This document shows, piece by piece, positions 26,870-41,212 of a stretch of 64,000 bases of DNA (position 1 is the first letter of the stretch; each line of letters opens with the position of its first letter). The notes beneath the pieces are model-generated. The model saw only the letters and a program-made list of their open reading frames with translations. It did no database searches and was not told the DNA's origin. The DNA is taken from assembly GCA_964016885.1 (NCBI GenBank), contig OZ024743.1, positions 57,784,001 through 57,848,000 of the forward strand. The letters run 5' to 3'. This DNA comes from Eledone cirrhosa. Lineage: Eukaryota. Position numbers and translations under genes: made by a program.

Positions 26870-29800
26870 CCAAACATAACCTTTTCCTGCAGATGTATGC
26901 CTACATTTTATTATCAATTAATCATAAACAATTTTAATCAAATTACAAACCTGAACAGGATATAAACTTTCAAAGGAAAGAGCAATTGCGCCTGAGAAAC
27001 TCATGACTGAAATTAGTGACCGAAGGATTCTTGAGTGCGTTACACGATCAACAGAAATCAACAAAGGTACATAAAGTAGGTTAAACTGCCAACTATGTGG
27101 AGATGGAAAAGAAACAATTAATCACACTGTCTTTAGCATTCGAGGCTTAACCAAGAAAAATAATTTGACAGGCATTACACAGTTGCGATATAGATATACT
27201 GGAATTTATGCTAGCTTGAAATACAAACGTAAGGGCGCTCTTATAGACATACACTCTAAAAGGTATCAGAGAATGACAAAGTAACCATATGTTGGACATA
27301 CAGAGAGATAAATAAATTCTAATTGACCAGATATTGTTGTCAAAAACGGACAGGAGAGGAAAGGTTGCTGGCAGCAGATAGGCCACATGACCAGTTTAAC
27401 ACATCCCTTTTCTAAGAAATGAATGAGGAGACGCTCTAATATAATTGTTTCTGCTTTTGGCACAAGGCCAGCAAATCACCAGTACATTACTGGTACTTTA
27501 TTTTATCGACCCCGTAAGGATGAAAGGCAAAGTTAACCTCGGCGGGATTTGAACTCAGAATGGCAAGGGCCGTAACTCTATGCGTCAAAGCATGGAGTCC
27601 GATCCTCTACCGATACTGCCCCAATATAATGCGACCAGAACTGAGGTCAGGTACGACCGCCTGACGGTAATATATTATAGAAGGGAGGTAAACGTTCGCC
27701 ACCTCTTCCCGACCTTTCAGAAATAGCTTCCTCTCGGTCCATTCTGTGCGAGACTGACTTCCCTGTTCATTGCATCATACCAGTTCCTATCCACAAGGTA
27801 GACTCCGAGAAACTTAAACCGACCGTCCGTTCAGAGTACTACGACGATTTCGGATGGCATGCACTTACATTTTCAGGTTCACGTCCCGATTCGAGCAGGA
27901 TGCCCTTTAACAGCTGCAGTCTCTGCAGTAGTGGCTCATGTGACAGTTCATGCAGAAAGGATGAGTGAAGATACCCTTGACGAACCGAGAGGTTGTTATG
28001 AAATCATTCTATTAGATAGCCATTTACTTTGACCACCGAGCATTTGTCGCTGGGTATTGAAGGGATCCAGTCTATGAAGTCAGGTTCAAAACTGGCTGCC
28101 TTGACAACAACTTACAAGTACCAATGTCAACTCTATCGAAATGTTTCGTTTCATCTAATTGATCAGAGCCCCAGTAAAATAGGTGTATTCTTATCCTCTC
28201 TATGATATATCGCATGAGGTTGAGGTTATTGTGAAAACTTGGTCAGGATTGGTACGCATACGCCCTCCCGACGGCGCTTTCGACGACATGTATTTACTAT
28301 TTCGCTAGCACCTTAGTCCGGAAAATTTCAATTGTCCTTCTTGTTCTCATCTTCCTTTATTAGAGCAAAGGCTATCCGTCTCAGGTACCTGGGACTTTTC
28401 CTTTTCTAGTCTTAATTGCAGTTGACTATTGCCAGGAAATCGGCAAACAAGTCTGATATATCTATGTAAAGCTCGTAAGGCTGAACAACCTCATTCATAT
28501 TTCACCTGCTGAAAACGGCTTTTGCTACTACTCCGCAGTTTTCGTCGAGAGTTACGGTAAGCCGGTGAGATAGAAACTCAAGCCCAGTACCGACTCTGTA
28601 ATCGCCGTCGCATCAAATAGTTCTGAAAACCGTCCTAGGAAAGCCAAACACACCTGCTTCGAATCAGGCAACACGCCTTGGTTCGTTAAAATGAAAATTG
28701 TGGCTCTGTGGGCATGATACACATCTACTACTCAGGTCCATCAAAAGCTTTTCACTTCTTATTACCGCTTGCAATGCAATCGTCGTGTGTCGCATTGTAG
28801 AAATGGTCCAGGGCCATTCTTGCTGCTGGAACGTCAGTTTTGATGAGTCTCCTAATACCCTCTTCTAATTTGCCAACTAAATTTACCTCCATTCTATTTT
28901 TACTTCATACTTCATTTCTAAGAGCTCTTGGTCGTAATCGAATCGCACTTCTGAGAGCACACCAGATTTTTACCATTGTTTCTATCAACTGGTACATAAA
29001 TAATAAGCTCATCTAGTTTCTGTAGACGTTACGCACCGGGAACGGTGCATTAAGCTTCCAGCAACCGGACTTCTATCTATGATTTCTATCTAGATCGAAT
29101 ATGTACATCACAAATTTTTGGTTTGAGTATGAAATCATTTGTACTTGTGGACTATCTATGTTATCTCTATCCATTAGCCGAATAAAATTCCTATCTAGAT
29201 GATACTTTACGATTACTCCATGTCCACTCTGGCGCATTCAGGAAATCTGGTCTCGGTGCGTCTCAGCCTGCATCCCAGCCATGGGACTGTCTGATCAGGT
29301 TTCTGAAGCTTTTGCAACCATATCTGTTATCAAATCCCCACATCATCTATCAGCTACCTTCACAAATTCCATTCTATTGTCCAACATGTCGTTCCAGTCC
29401 CTCGCTAATAGTAAAAGGCAGGAAAGGGTTCTAGAATTCTGAAGAAATCTGACCGTCCTTTTCCAGTCGGGACATAAACGGTCACGAGATTGAAAACATC
29501 TTTAATACCGTTCACATCCAGGAATTCCAGCTTATCATCTAGGTCGCTGCCACATCTATATGCAGTGACCTGATATCACTAAGCAAAGGACTTTGCTTCG
29601 AAGGCGACACCCAGATCCCGTGCATTTATGCATCCTATATAGCTAACATGTTAGAGATCGGGTAATTCGATCTCCATGTCTTGGATTTCCTTCGGGAAAC
29701 CTTTTAGGAGCTAACTAGTGGCCCGCACTTTTAGATTTTCAACGTCATGCGGGAAGTTCTCCATCATTGTTTTGTTTCTTGCGAGAAGACGAAGAAGAAA

Positions 29801-31000
29801 AATAGTCTGGGTGGGTATTTATTGTTGGTATTTTCATCTGTTGCTTTTCTTGTTGGTATTATTGCTTCTGTTGGCCTTGTTGTTGTTGTTGTTGCTGTTG
29901 CTGTTATAGTTGCTGTTGCATCTGTTAGTGCTGTGTCACTGCTGTTGTCCAACTCCAGTAGTACACCCAAAACCTAACCCCTACTGTTCTTTCTCCTAAA
30001 TAGGACGAAAAACAACGCAATCGACGCTCCGAAACGTGACCATAGAATATTTCTAGGTGAGGGCCTAGCATCTAAAAAGCATTTCCTCGCCCCAAAACTG
30101 CCTTAATCTGGCGTCGAATTCAATACCGGCCATACTTTCTCTCTTAATTTGGGTTTGTGGTGCTACCTTTGTTTTTATCGCCACGCAGTGGTAAAGCAAC
30201 ATTTATTTCGGTAGTTGTTGCCGACACCTCAGGTGGAGTAGCTAATCGGGTCCTGCTCCACTCTATTTTGCTTTTTATAGCGTTCTGCCTTTTTTGTTGT
30301 TGCTGTAGATGTGGAAGCAACTTGATGTTGTTGTTGCTATTCCCGTCGTCTGCTGTGTGTTTTACAGTAGTGTAGCTGCTGTTATTTCATTTGTTTTTCT
30401 TGGTTGTTGTTGGTGTCAACGTTTCTCTGTTGCAGTGGTGGTATAAGTTTGGTTTCTATTGATGTTGTTCTTGGTGTTGAAGCTGTTGTTGGTGGTACTG
30501 TTGTTTACGTTGTTGACACTGAAGCTGTTGTTAGTGTTGTTCTTTATCTCGTCGATATTATTGTTGTTTTTATTGGTATTATTCAAAATGGCTTTTTATT
30601 CCATAGTTCAAGGTATCAGTGTTTGCTTTCATGGTTATTAATATTCATACTGTTGCTCAATAGTGTTCTGGGAATTATTGTAGTTCATGCTGTTAGCATT
30701 AGTTGTGTTGTATATGTCGCTATTAATATTGTTATTGCTTTCAAAGATATTCCTTGTTGTCGGTGGAGGTATAATTCTGACTGTTACACAATGACAATAT
30801 GTTGCTTTGGGGCTCAAAGTACAAATATTGTTGCAGCTGCTAGTGTTGTTGCTGCTGCTAGTGTTGTTGCATCTGCTAGTGTTGTTGCAGCTGCTAGTGT
30901 TGTTGCTGCTGCTAGTGTTGTTGCTGCTGCTAGAGCTGTTGCTGCTGATAGTGCTGCTGTTGTTGATGTTGTTGGTGTTAGCCTTTATTGGTTGTATTGA
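26870..31000 (-). mobile_element. Old, degenerate Tx1/L1-type LINE (antisense), interrupted by a SINE
   Basis: Minus strand near 29640 reads IGCINARDL (APE start). Near 27440 it reads LERLLIHFLEKGCVKLVMWPICCQQP, against LERLLFRFLWKGRAPMVRRSICCQQP in the plus-strand copy. A low-complexity Asn/Ser/Thr ORF1-like region occupies 29750-31000. Outer boundaries are approximate. Confidence 0.72.
27443..27621 (-). mobile_element. Family A SINE inserted in the old LINE
   Basis: Reverse-complement family A core and tail. Confidence 0.88.
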
Positions 31001-31384
31001 CGGTGCTGTGATTAACAATTTCCAAAGCAGGAAAAGAAACGTGAAATTCTGCTATGGCTTCACATGTTTTGTTGTTCTTTTCTTGTATCAAGACAAATCA
31101 GTAGAGGAACGGTTATATCTTGTTGTTGAACAAAAAGGTTGGGATGACATTGTTGGATTCTTCTTCAACCAAGTACCACTTTTTAAAAATATTTCTAGCC
31201 TGAGGGGCATAAAATATGGATTGGTTCCCTCGCAGTGTAAAATAGGGGGCCTTATTAAGAAGAAAGTAACAGAGACTAATAATATATGAGTTTTAAACAA
31301 TGAAAAAAATAAATTAACAAGAGCTGAAGTAATACACGTCTGAACTAAACAATAGCAAGTATAATAATAATAATAATAATAATA

Positions 31385-31558
31385 ATTGTTTCTACGTTAG
31401 GCACAATTACTCAGTGCATTACTGGTACTTTATTTTATCGACCCCGTAAGGATGAAAGGCAAAGTTAACCTTGGCGGGATTTGAACTCAGAATGGTAACG
31501 GCCGTAACTCTATACGTCAAAGCATGGCGTCCGACCCTCTACCAATACTGCCAATCCA
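31385..31558 (-). mobile_element. Family A SINE within a (TAA)n run
   Basis: Reverse-complement core, with (AAT)n on both sides. Confidence 0.88.
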
Positions 31559-31559
31559 A

Positions 31560-32045
31560 TAATAATAATAATAATAATGATTTCATTTATTAGCCACAAG
31601 GGCCAACATGTAGGGGACAATACAAAGACAGGGACAGGGGGGGTTTACAATAAGGTCGAGTAAAAGTGCACAATGGCAAGACTAATTTAACAATGAAGAT
31701 ATAAAAAATAAAATAAAATAAACTATGCATAAATATAACAAAATAAATTCCCCTATAGGGGGTGGACGACCTAGGGGTGACTCAGGCACCCCACCAATTC
31801 TGAACGACCCTGCGCTTCTAGTGCACCCAGGGAGAGCACCCCTCTCCTCAAGTTAGCTAGCCTATAGGCGCATGGTCAGAGTAGGCCCATTCACACGGGC
31901 TATTCTCGCCACATTCATCCACCTTTTAGCAAATGTACTGAGGGCCAGCACTTCTCTCTCCACCCTCACCTTCCTTTCCAGGTGAAACTTGAAGAAGTTG
32001 ATGAGGGATTGGCCGAAGAGAAAAGTGTCTGTCTTCAGTCTTTTT
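31560..32045 (-). mobile_element. 5'-truncated Tx1 LINE 3' end with (ATT)n tail
   Basis: LKTDTFLFGQSLINFFKFHLERKVRVEREVL...RWMNVARIARVNGPTLTMRL*, then a UTR ending gtggctaataaatgaaatc(att)n, as at 24260-24319. Confidence 0.88.
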
Positions 32046-32059
32046 AATCTTAATAATAA

Positions 32060-32265
32060 TAATTTCTGATTTAGGCACAAGGCCAGCAATTTTGGTGTAA
32101 GGGAAAGTCGCTGAAATCGACCCCAGTTCATTACTGGTACTTTATTTTATCGACCCCGTAAGGATGAAAGACAACGCTAACCTCGGCGGGATTTGGACTC
32201 AGAATGGAAAGGAACGTAACTCTATGGCGCTAAGTATGTTGTCCAACGCTCTACCGATTCTGCCA
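32060..32265 (-). mobile_element. Family A SINE (long-tail variant)
   Basis: Reverse-complement core, with the gtcg..aatcgacccc tail segment. Confidence 0.85.
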
Positions 32266-32267
32266 AA

Positions 32268-32360
32268 ATAATAATAATAATAGTAGTGGTGTTAGTAATA
32301 GTATTAGAAGTAGCAATAGTGGTAGCAGTAATATTAGAAGTACTAGTAGTACTTCTAATT

Positions 32361-32432
<72 letters not shown>

Positions 32433-32486
32433 GAAGTAGCAATAGTGGTAGCAGTAATATTAGAAGTACTAGTAGTACTTCTAACT

Positions 32487-32541
<55 letters not shown>

Positions 32542-32610
32542 GTTGTTGTGGTATCAAAATAGTACTTGTAGTAGTAGTGCTAGTGCTAGTGGTAGTATTA
32601 GTAGTAGTAA
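32268..32610. repeat. (TAG)n/(TAA)n microsatellite with an internal duplication of about 125 bp
   Basis: tagaagtagcaatagtggtagcagtaatattagaagtactagtagtacttctaa occurs twice among (GTA)n runs. Confidence 0.85.
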
Positions 32611-32759
32611 CGACGTCCACGGCTCGTTACGCTCTCATTGCCATTATAAATCTATTCAATAAAATATGAAATAAAAAATATTTAATACAATTTCTTTAGC
32701 TAATTAAATCTTTCGCTCGTTCTCCCCTCCATCCCTTAGGCAGCTCTTCCATCACTAGA

Positions 32760-33790
32760 CCATTTATATTCTCTCTTCTTTCTCTCACTCCTCTCTCTTT
32801 TTCCTCTCTCTCATTCTCTCCTCTCCATCTCACTCTTACTCTCGCTCCTACTCTCGCGCTCACTCCTACGCTCGCTCTCACTCCTCTCTCTTTTTCCTAT
32901 CTCTCATTCTCTCCTCTCCATCTCACTCTTACTCTCACGCTCACTCCTACTCTCGCTCTCACTCCTCTCTCTTTTTCCTATCTCCCATTCCCTCCTCTTC
33001 CTCCCACTCCTACTCTCGCTCTCACTCCTACTCTCCCTCCAATCTCTCATCTCTCTCACCACCCTCTCTCTCCATTCACTCTCAGCCCATCTCTATTTCG
33101 CTCCTCTTTCTCTCACTCCCACTCTCGCTCAAATCTCTCTCATCAGCCTCTCGCTCCTGTCACTCTCAAACGATCTCTTCCTATCTCCTCTTTCTCTCAT
33201 TCCTCCTCTCTCCCTTCTTTTTCTCACTCCTCCTCTCTCTCTTATCTCTCTAAACACCCTCTCTCTTCTCTCACTCTCTATCTATCTCTATCTTTCTCCT
33301 CCTTCTCCCAATCCCCCTCTCTCCTACCTATCTTTCTCACCATTCTCTTTCTATTTATCTCTATCGCTCCTCATTCTCGCACTCCCATTTTCGTTGCAAT
33401 CTATCTAACCACCATCTCTCCCTTCTCACTCTCAATCTATCTCTATCTTTATCTCTTTCTGTCCCCCTCTCTTTCTCTCTCTCTCACCATTCTTTGTCAG
33501 TCTATCTCTATCTCTCCGCTTTCTTTCAATCCCGCCTCTCTCTCCTATTTCTATCACTGCTCTCTCCCATTCTCTCCTTCGTACTTCTCTCACTTGTCTC
33601 TCTCTCTTTCTCTCTCTCTATCTCTCTCTCTCACCCTTTCTCTCTCTCACCCCACTCTCTCTTTCTCTTTCTTTCTTCTCTCTCGCTCTCTTTCTCTCTT
33701 TCTCTCACCACTCTCTCTCTCTCTCTCTTTCTCTCACCACATTCTCTCTTTCAAACCCTCCCCCTATCTCTCTCTCTCTCACACACGCAC
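32760..33790. repeat. CT-rich low-complexity tract
   Basis: About 1 kb of degenerate (CT)n. Confidence 0.85.
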
Positions 33791-34010
33791 ACAATGAAAT
33801 GAATCAGTCTCACGAGTCTCTTAATGTTCTGCTAAAATATCAATATAGGATTTTCCAATTTAAATTAATATCGAAGAAACCTTTCACATTTCTAAATTGA
33901 ATTAAATAACGTTTGAGTTAAGAAATTTACAGATTTATTTTATTTTCACTTCACGGATTTGATTAATGATGGGATGGACGTTGTTAAACAAAAGACTGAA
34001 CTAGTGTGGA

Positions 34011-34094
<84 letters not shown>

Positions 34095-34237
34095 GAGAGA
34101 GAGAGAGAGTGGGAGCAGAGAGTGGGGTGGTAGACAGACGGAGGGAGCTGGGGGTCGAAAGTGGAACAGCTTTGACATAACCAATTAACAATGCTGATCT
34201 GATATTTTCACCCAGGTATTATTAATGGCGTGGCAAG

Positions 34238-34545
34238 GGCGGTGGATTGGCAGTCTCGGTAGAGAGTCGGACACCATGCTTTGCAGCACAGAGTTACGGC
34301 CTTTTACGGTCTGAGTTCAAATCCCGCCGAGATTAACTTTGCCTTTCATCCTTACTGGGTCGATAAAATAAAGCACCAGTATAGTACTGGGGTCGATTTA
34401 ATCGACTTTCCCCTCCCTACAATTTATTGGCCTTGTGTCTATACTAGAAATTATTATTAGTGGCCCTTACGGGGTCGACAAAATAAAGTACCAGTAATGA
34501 ACTGGGTAATTGCTGGCCCTGTGCCTAAAGTAGAAACAATTATTA
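34238..34545 (+). mobile_element. Family A SINE plus a tandem partial copy
   Basis: Full copy 34238-34452, with a second core/tail at 34465-34543. Confidence 0.85.
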
Positions 34546-34628
34546 GTGGCATGGCAGAGGTAGACGTACGATTGTTATATGGAAACGTTATGAAGAAACA
34601 GTGTATATTAGCTGTCATACACATAGGA

Positions 34629-34749
<121 letters not shown>

Positions 34750-35433
34750 GATATTGAGGTTAACTTTGCCTTTCATCCATTTGATGTCGATAAAAAAGTA
34801 CCAGTATATATATAAAGTTTTAGGCACTACCATTGTTACTGTCGCACTATTTCTCGCCATGGGACTTGGAGACTAGAGCCGAATGCTACCATTCCATTGC
34901 ACAGCGACTGGAGACTGAATAATTTTTCTAATAACCATTTTTTCACTAGCATGTTAATTTCTGTTTGAGATACGTTGGCTGAGTCTTATGGCGGGAGCGG
35001 AACTATTTTTTTTTTTCGTCTCCTGCCCTCACATAAATTTCTGAATTGGTAGCCAATCGGTGGACGGCATTGTGATGACGCTTAGAGATTTCAGTTGCTA
35101 ATGTTTTACTGTGTTGGTAGTCACATGCCAATACGGACTTGAATCGAATTTTGTCGATCGATTGGTTATTGATTAGGCGAAAGCCGCTGATGAAGCCGCT
35201 GATGAAGCCACACGCGCTGATTGTGCATTGTTGCATAATAAATGCAGACAGTAGATTACTGCATTGAGTGGGGCCGAAACTCGAGTACAGGTATACATGG
35301 AAGGTACCTATTTACGTATGTTGTGTTAAAACGAATAACTGTGTCAACTCTGGGAGTTTACTTAACATTACCTATTGAGCACGCTGAGATGCAACAGGTA
35401 CTAACAGAGAAACCCATGCTAGTCTCTTCAACC

Positions 35434-35515
<82 letters not shown>

Positions 35516-35529
35516 TCTACCTTCAATGA

Positions 35530-36820
35530 GTTATGACTTAGGATAACAGTAGCCACAACCTCTCTAGCGTAGATTTCTTAGACATTAATTTAGGAATTCG
35601 CACACACACCCACAGACCCTTCCATAAGCTAAACGAGAAACTCAATTACATTCACAAGGACTCATGCCACCCTCCCACTGTTTTTAGAAACTTCGTTAAG
35701 AATATCAGTACTAGAATCTCAAACGTCTCCTCTAATAAGGCTATCTTTGACAGGGCGGCACCCTACTATAACATGGCGTTGGCTAACAGCGGCTTCTCAC
35801 AACCTATCACTTACTCTCCTTCTAGCAACAACACCATTAAGAAAAGTAAGCGCAACAATAGACAAACTATCTGGTTCTCTCCCCTCTTCTCACTCAACGT
35901 TAAAATCAATGTAGGAAAAAATGTCTAGCCCTGTTGGATGGAAACTTTCCCATAGGTCATAAATACCGCTCCATCTTTAACCGACACAAAGTTAAACTAG
36001 GATACTCCTGCGCCAAGAACATGAAGGCGCACATCACCAGCAGCCCTAGAAGCAACACCCCACCAGGGTGCTCTTGCCGTAAGCATGAAGCTTGCCCCCT
36101 TCAACAGCAATGCAACACACCAGCTGTAATTTATGAAGCTGTGGTCACTTCCAACCGACCAAACGAACGACAGGAGGTCAAATCCTATGTGGGCATGGCG
36201 GAGGGCCGATTTAAGGAACGTTTCCTGAACCACCAGTCTACCTTCAGGTACCCGGACAGACGTTCATCCACGAAACTCGCGAGCCACGTATGGTCCCTCA
36301 AGGACTCAAGTATAGCCTACTCCATTCAATGGAAAACCATCACTAAGTCCAAGCCATACGAAAGGGGAATCCGACGTGTAGCTTATGTATTGACGAACAA
36401 ATAACTATTCTAAAGAGAATACGCAATAGTGATTGCCTAAACACGAGAAATGAATTTTCACACGTTGTCCACACGTTGCCAAACACCTGTTGTATAGTTA
36501 CAAGGCTCCGGACTGATTCTTTGTAATTTTATTTTCAACTTAAAAACTTTTCGGACTTTCGCATTTATCTCCCTTACACCTCCCGCACACAGTCTAGTAT
36601 CGCCTGTGTGAAGTGACCGGGTTTCTGCGCATGCGCCGCGTTCGTACGGTTGTCCTTCCTGTTATATAACCATGCCCATTCCGAGCTGAGGATTCACTAA
36701 GGTGAAACAATTGTTCTCAGTATGGTGAACTAACTGTTGTGTAACCACTTCTACCTAACTCGTCCCATGGATTGAGTGCTCTATCACTACGGATATTATA
36801 CCTTCCAGTGTTCCACCACT
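35530..36820 (+). mobile_element. 5'-truncated PLE (RT thumb, GIY-YIG, pseudo-LTR)
   Basis: VDFLDINL...PFHKLNEKLNYIHKDSCHP...TIWFSPLFSLNVK...CSCRKHEACPLQQQCNTPAVIYEAVV...SYVGMAEGRFKERFLNH. Few lesions, and it ends in (TA)n. Confidence 0.88.
36683..36718 (+). ncRNA. Minimal hammerhead ribozyme in a PLE pseudo-LTR
   Basis: gag-CTGAGGA-ttcactaaggt-GAAA-caattg-TT-ctc, about 170 nt after the ORF end. Confidence 0.7.
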
Positions 36821-37094
36821 ATATATATATATATATATATATACGTGTCTAAGTGTGTGTTTGTATGTGTATGTATACATGTGCGTGTGCGTGTTTGTAT
36901 TTCTGTTTGCGTTTTAATCGAACGACTGGAGAACTCAAAGTCGCAACCGTCGGAAGTCCATTCTTGTAAACATATATGTTTGTATATATGTGTATAGGGG
37001 CATAGAAAAACACTCATTATTCTACGTTTAATAACAATAGTATTACTGCTTTTTCTTGTGATACTATTACATATCTAATAAACTCCATTCTTAG

Positions 37095-37475
37095 GCTGCG
37101 GATTGGCAGAGTTGTTAGAACGTCAGATATAATGATTTCTAGTATAGGCACAAAGCCAGCAATTTGGGGGGAGGAGAAAGTCGATTAAATCGACCCCAGT
37201 ACGTTACTAGTGCTTTATTTTATCGACCCCGTAAGGATGAGAGGCAAAGTTAACCACGGTGGGATTTGAGCTCAGATCGTAAAGGGCCGTAACTATATGC
37301 TGAAAAATGTCCAACGTTCTACCGATACTGCCAATCCACCGCTCTGAATCGTCATATATAATGCTTTGCATTATTCCTTTCGACTTTCTGCTCTCAGAGT
37401 TGAAATCCCACTGAGGTTAACTTTGCCTTTCATCCATGATGTCGATAAAAATAGTACCCGTTTTAAGTACTCGGT
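37095..37475. mobile_element. Nested SINEs: minus-strand family A copy (37131-37343) inside an older plus-strand copy
   Basis: Head ggattggcagagttgttagaacgtcagatataatg is interrupted and resumes as gaatcgtcatatataatgctttg...gttgaaatccc...gttaactttgcctttcatcc. Confidence 0.75.
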
Positions 37476-38502
37476 CAATTCTTCCTCTATATATCTTTCT
37501 TACTTACTTTCTGTCACTCTTTCTATCATTTTCTTGAAGAAATCTGATGTATCCCGACCTGGAGAAAAGATGGTCTCCGCCAGGTTTAAAATGCCTTAGA
37601 AACGCCATATTGAAATATCCCGTCCCTACGACTCTCTCAGGAGTTACAGGATTGAATATACAAACTCCACTCTTATAGAGATACTTCCAATATTGAGAGT
37701 AACGCTTTTTTTATCTCCTTAACCTACCTTCTGTTTATTGGTTTGGCATGTTATTTATTGGTTTGGGTGTTTGACTCACCTACGTAAGATCATGAGTTCG
37801 ATTCTCGGTGGCGATTTGTGTCCTTAAACAAGATAATTTATTTCTTAGTTCTAGCAGAACAATCTAGTTCACCCGTTACACTATTAAAGCCTTTTGATTC
37901 ACTCCACGTGTAACTAACAATGCTAACACATTATGGCCTCACACATATTACTGCAAAAATCTGCTTCCCAAAGCTAGGTTTCCTCTCCATATCCAGATGC
38001 TTGTTCAGACTTGAAGGGTCGCTTGAAGTGAGATATATGTGAAAGTGCTTCTACTACGCATACATCAACAGTGAAGTTGTTGTTTCGTATTCATGTATAC
38101 CCTTAACATAGTTTCCTGGTGATTTAACTTGACACAGGATTTGGCGTCGCAAGGTTGGCTCTTTCAATCACAAGTAAAATTCATTTTTTTTGTACAGCTC
38201 AGTGGACCGGAACAACGTGAATTAAAGTTCTTGCTCAAGGACAGAGCGCGTCTTCTAGAATCGAGTAGAAATAGTAGTAGTAGTAGTGGTGTTGGTGGTG
38301 GTGGTAGTGGTAGCCGAACACCCAAACCACTAGGACACGCGCCTTCACACATTACTCCTACATCCATAACAAAACGAATTTGATTAATTAGTAAAACTCA
38401 CTCTCTACAAAAAGCCTCGAACTCTCCAGTGTCTTATTAAATCAATGACACTGATACATCACCTTCAATGATTTTATACAAAAAATGCAATATAGATTAT
38501 AT

Positions 38503-38635
38503 AAAGCATTGTGAGTTATGTGAAGCATTGTGAGTTATGTAAAGCATTGTGAGTTATGTGAAGCATTGTGAGTTATGTAAAGCATTGTGAGTTATGTAAA
38601 GCATTGTGAAATATGTGAAGCATTGTGAGTTATGT
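38503..38635. repeat. Minisatellite, about 19-20-bp unit x7
   Basis: aagcattgtgagttatgt(g/a) repeated. Confidence 0.9.
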
Positions 38636-39544
38636 GGTCATGATTATTTCGGAAAAGCTGGTAAAATGCAAATTAGAAATACAAGAATAAAAACTGGAGT
38701 AATAAAGCAAGAGAAACAAAACAAAACAATAGCTTACACTTTTACTTTATATATTCATGATAATTCAATGTTAGAACATCTTTTGCTAAAGAGACTGAAA
38801 TATAAGGTGCTGAAATATATGGTAAAATCTTGAACTATTTCTATCTTGTTTTGTTTTCTTTTTTTTCTTTCTTTTTTTACTTTACTCTACTTTAGTTTTC
38901 AGGTTTGTAGTATTAATTTGTATTGTACCAGCTTTCTCAAAACTTTATACGAAAACGTCAAATCATACTAATGTTTCCTGAATAGATAGAGGCTTTTAAT
39001 GAGAAAAAATAATGCTGTTATGATTTTCATATCTTCCGTAAAGATGCATTGGAGGACAAAATGATGTGAAATTGCTTTACCTAAAATATTGCTTTCACAA
39101 ACTCGAATTACTTGTAGGAGATATTCTATACGATACCTGCAGTATTCGTATTAATGTTTAGTGCAAGGAATCTATATTAGTTTAGAATTACAAAATATGG
39201 CATTGAATGAGGCAAATTATAACTCAGACTGATTTATTGAGGATGTTACAGACAATAGCTTCTATTGTTTAGTTTCTTAATGACGAGAGTAATTAAAATA
39301 ACAATTCATAAAAATGTCTCATTAATCTTTCTCTGTAAGTGGAAGTTTAGCGATAGCGAGACTAGTGACAACCGCTAGATAACCTCAGTGCTGACAACTA
39401 TCTTAATTGAATAGTTGCACAATATCTCTATAATTATCAACGTATTTATAAGAGAAAATTGAAATTGAAGGTATGCGACGTTTGAGGTCACTGATGTATG
39501 CTCTTAATAAAATATATATATAATATGGATTAAATCAAATATAT

Positions 39545-39712
39545 ACAAACCATGGGTTATATAAAGAATACAGCAGTTCGGACCTACCTGTTGACACGGC
39601 AGGAGCTCAACCGGCGGTGTCGCAAATTCTTTCATAGTACCCATTCTACTATCCCAAGTATCGAGTACTCTGGTGAGTAATGGTCTAACTGGATTTTACT
39701 GCATCCATTCTG
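39545..39712 (+). mobile_element. Diverged solo pseudo-LTR fragment related to the intact PLE
   Basis: gacacggcaggagctcaaccggcggtgtc...tacccattctactatcccaagtatcgagtactctggtgagtaatggtc aligns to 59189-59279, and it ends in (TA)n. Confidence 0.7.
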
Positions 39713-39800
<88 letters not shown>

Positions 39801-40029
39801 ATGTGTGTGTGTGTGTGTGTATTTATGTATTTATGTATGTATGTATGTATGTATGTATGTATGTATGTATGTATGTATGTATGTATGTATGTATGTATGT
39901 ATGTATGTGTATGTATATATATAAATATGTATGTATGTATATTTTAAAATTAGTCAGTAATATACATTACATCTCAATGAATTATATCAATTCTGAGCCC
40001 TGTTTGAGATAGTTCTATATATGCATATG

Positions 40030-40109
<80 letters not shown>

Positions 40110-41212
40110 CCATCTGTTGCGATTAGCTTTCGAGAATAGACTGAAACCTGAAGCAACTGTTGTGGGATTCCATCTCCTGTGCGTCACTTCATTCAGATTT
40201 GTGGTTGAATTGTTGATGCATCAAACTTGATAAGCACATGGTTAGTGTTGTGTAAGGAATCTTGTTCTTCAGTGCTACAGAATAAGTACTGTAGCAGAAA
40301 ATAGATTTCTTCAGATTAACAAACTTTCTCATCCTAGCAAACATACATTTCCTGGATCTAATGAAACATCATACATGAAGCCGGAATAGAATTCTGCACT
40401 TCCTATGTTTATTAACCTGTAAAATTACAGGCTTTGTCTCAGGTAGCATTATTTTCTTAATATGAAATCCAATAGTTTGCAGTGTTCCTTTACCAATACG
40501 ATAATCACTCTGCATCAAAACCAAACATCGAAAATCCTAATTTCCTTTGACTAGGCAGAAAGCTTAACTGTTCTATTGTCTGCGTATGATCGGTCGCATT
40601 ATATAGCTACTACACGCGGATGAATTGGCAGAATCATTAGAATATCAACCAAAATACTTTGCTGTATTTATTCTGTATCTTATATTCTGAAGTTGTCTTT
40701 GTCTTTCTTTTTTCAGCGGTCGACAAAATAAAGGAGCATTCAGGTACTTGTTCGATATAATAAACTTTCTTCTACCTCCGAAATGGCTGCGCTCGAGTCT
40801 AAATTAGAAATCATTATATATCTGGTACATCTTGAATAGACCATGGAGGGCTGGAATACGAACTGACTTTTGGTGAAATGTGAACTAAAATACAGAGGTG
40901 AGATATTTTACAATATCAAGACCAGTTACTTTTGTATGGCATAACAACATTCCTTTAAAACAGAGTAACAACTTCGCGCGTATAAAACTATTTGCTAAGT
41001 TAACTAGCATTCCACACTATTGTCAGCTCACCCTCTATGTAAATTTATGTTTCTAGGGAACAATTTGTTTTCATAGCAAACAACCAACTTCCCAGTGTAG
41101 ATTTAGTGAAATATTCCCCTTAAATAAAGAATAAAAGTTAAACGAGACAATTAAGTAGCATCCACGTGGTTGCTTTATATGCTAAATATGATAATTAAAT
41201 ACTTTCCAAATT

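Noticed and set aside
30404-31289. Long hydrophobic plus-strand ORFs
   Set aside because: Antisense to low-complexity (AAC/AGC)-rich Tx1 ORF1-like sequence.
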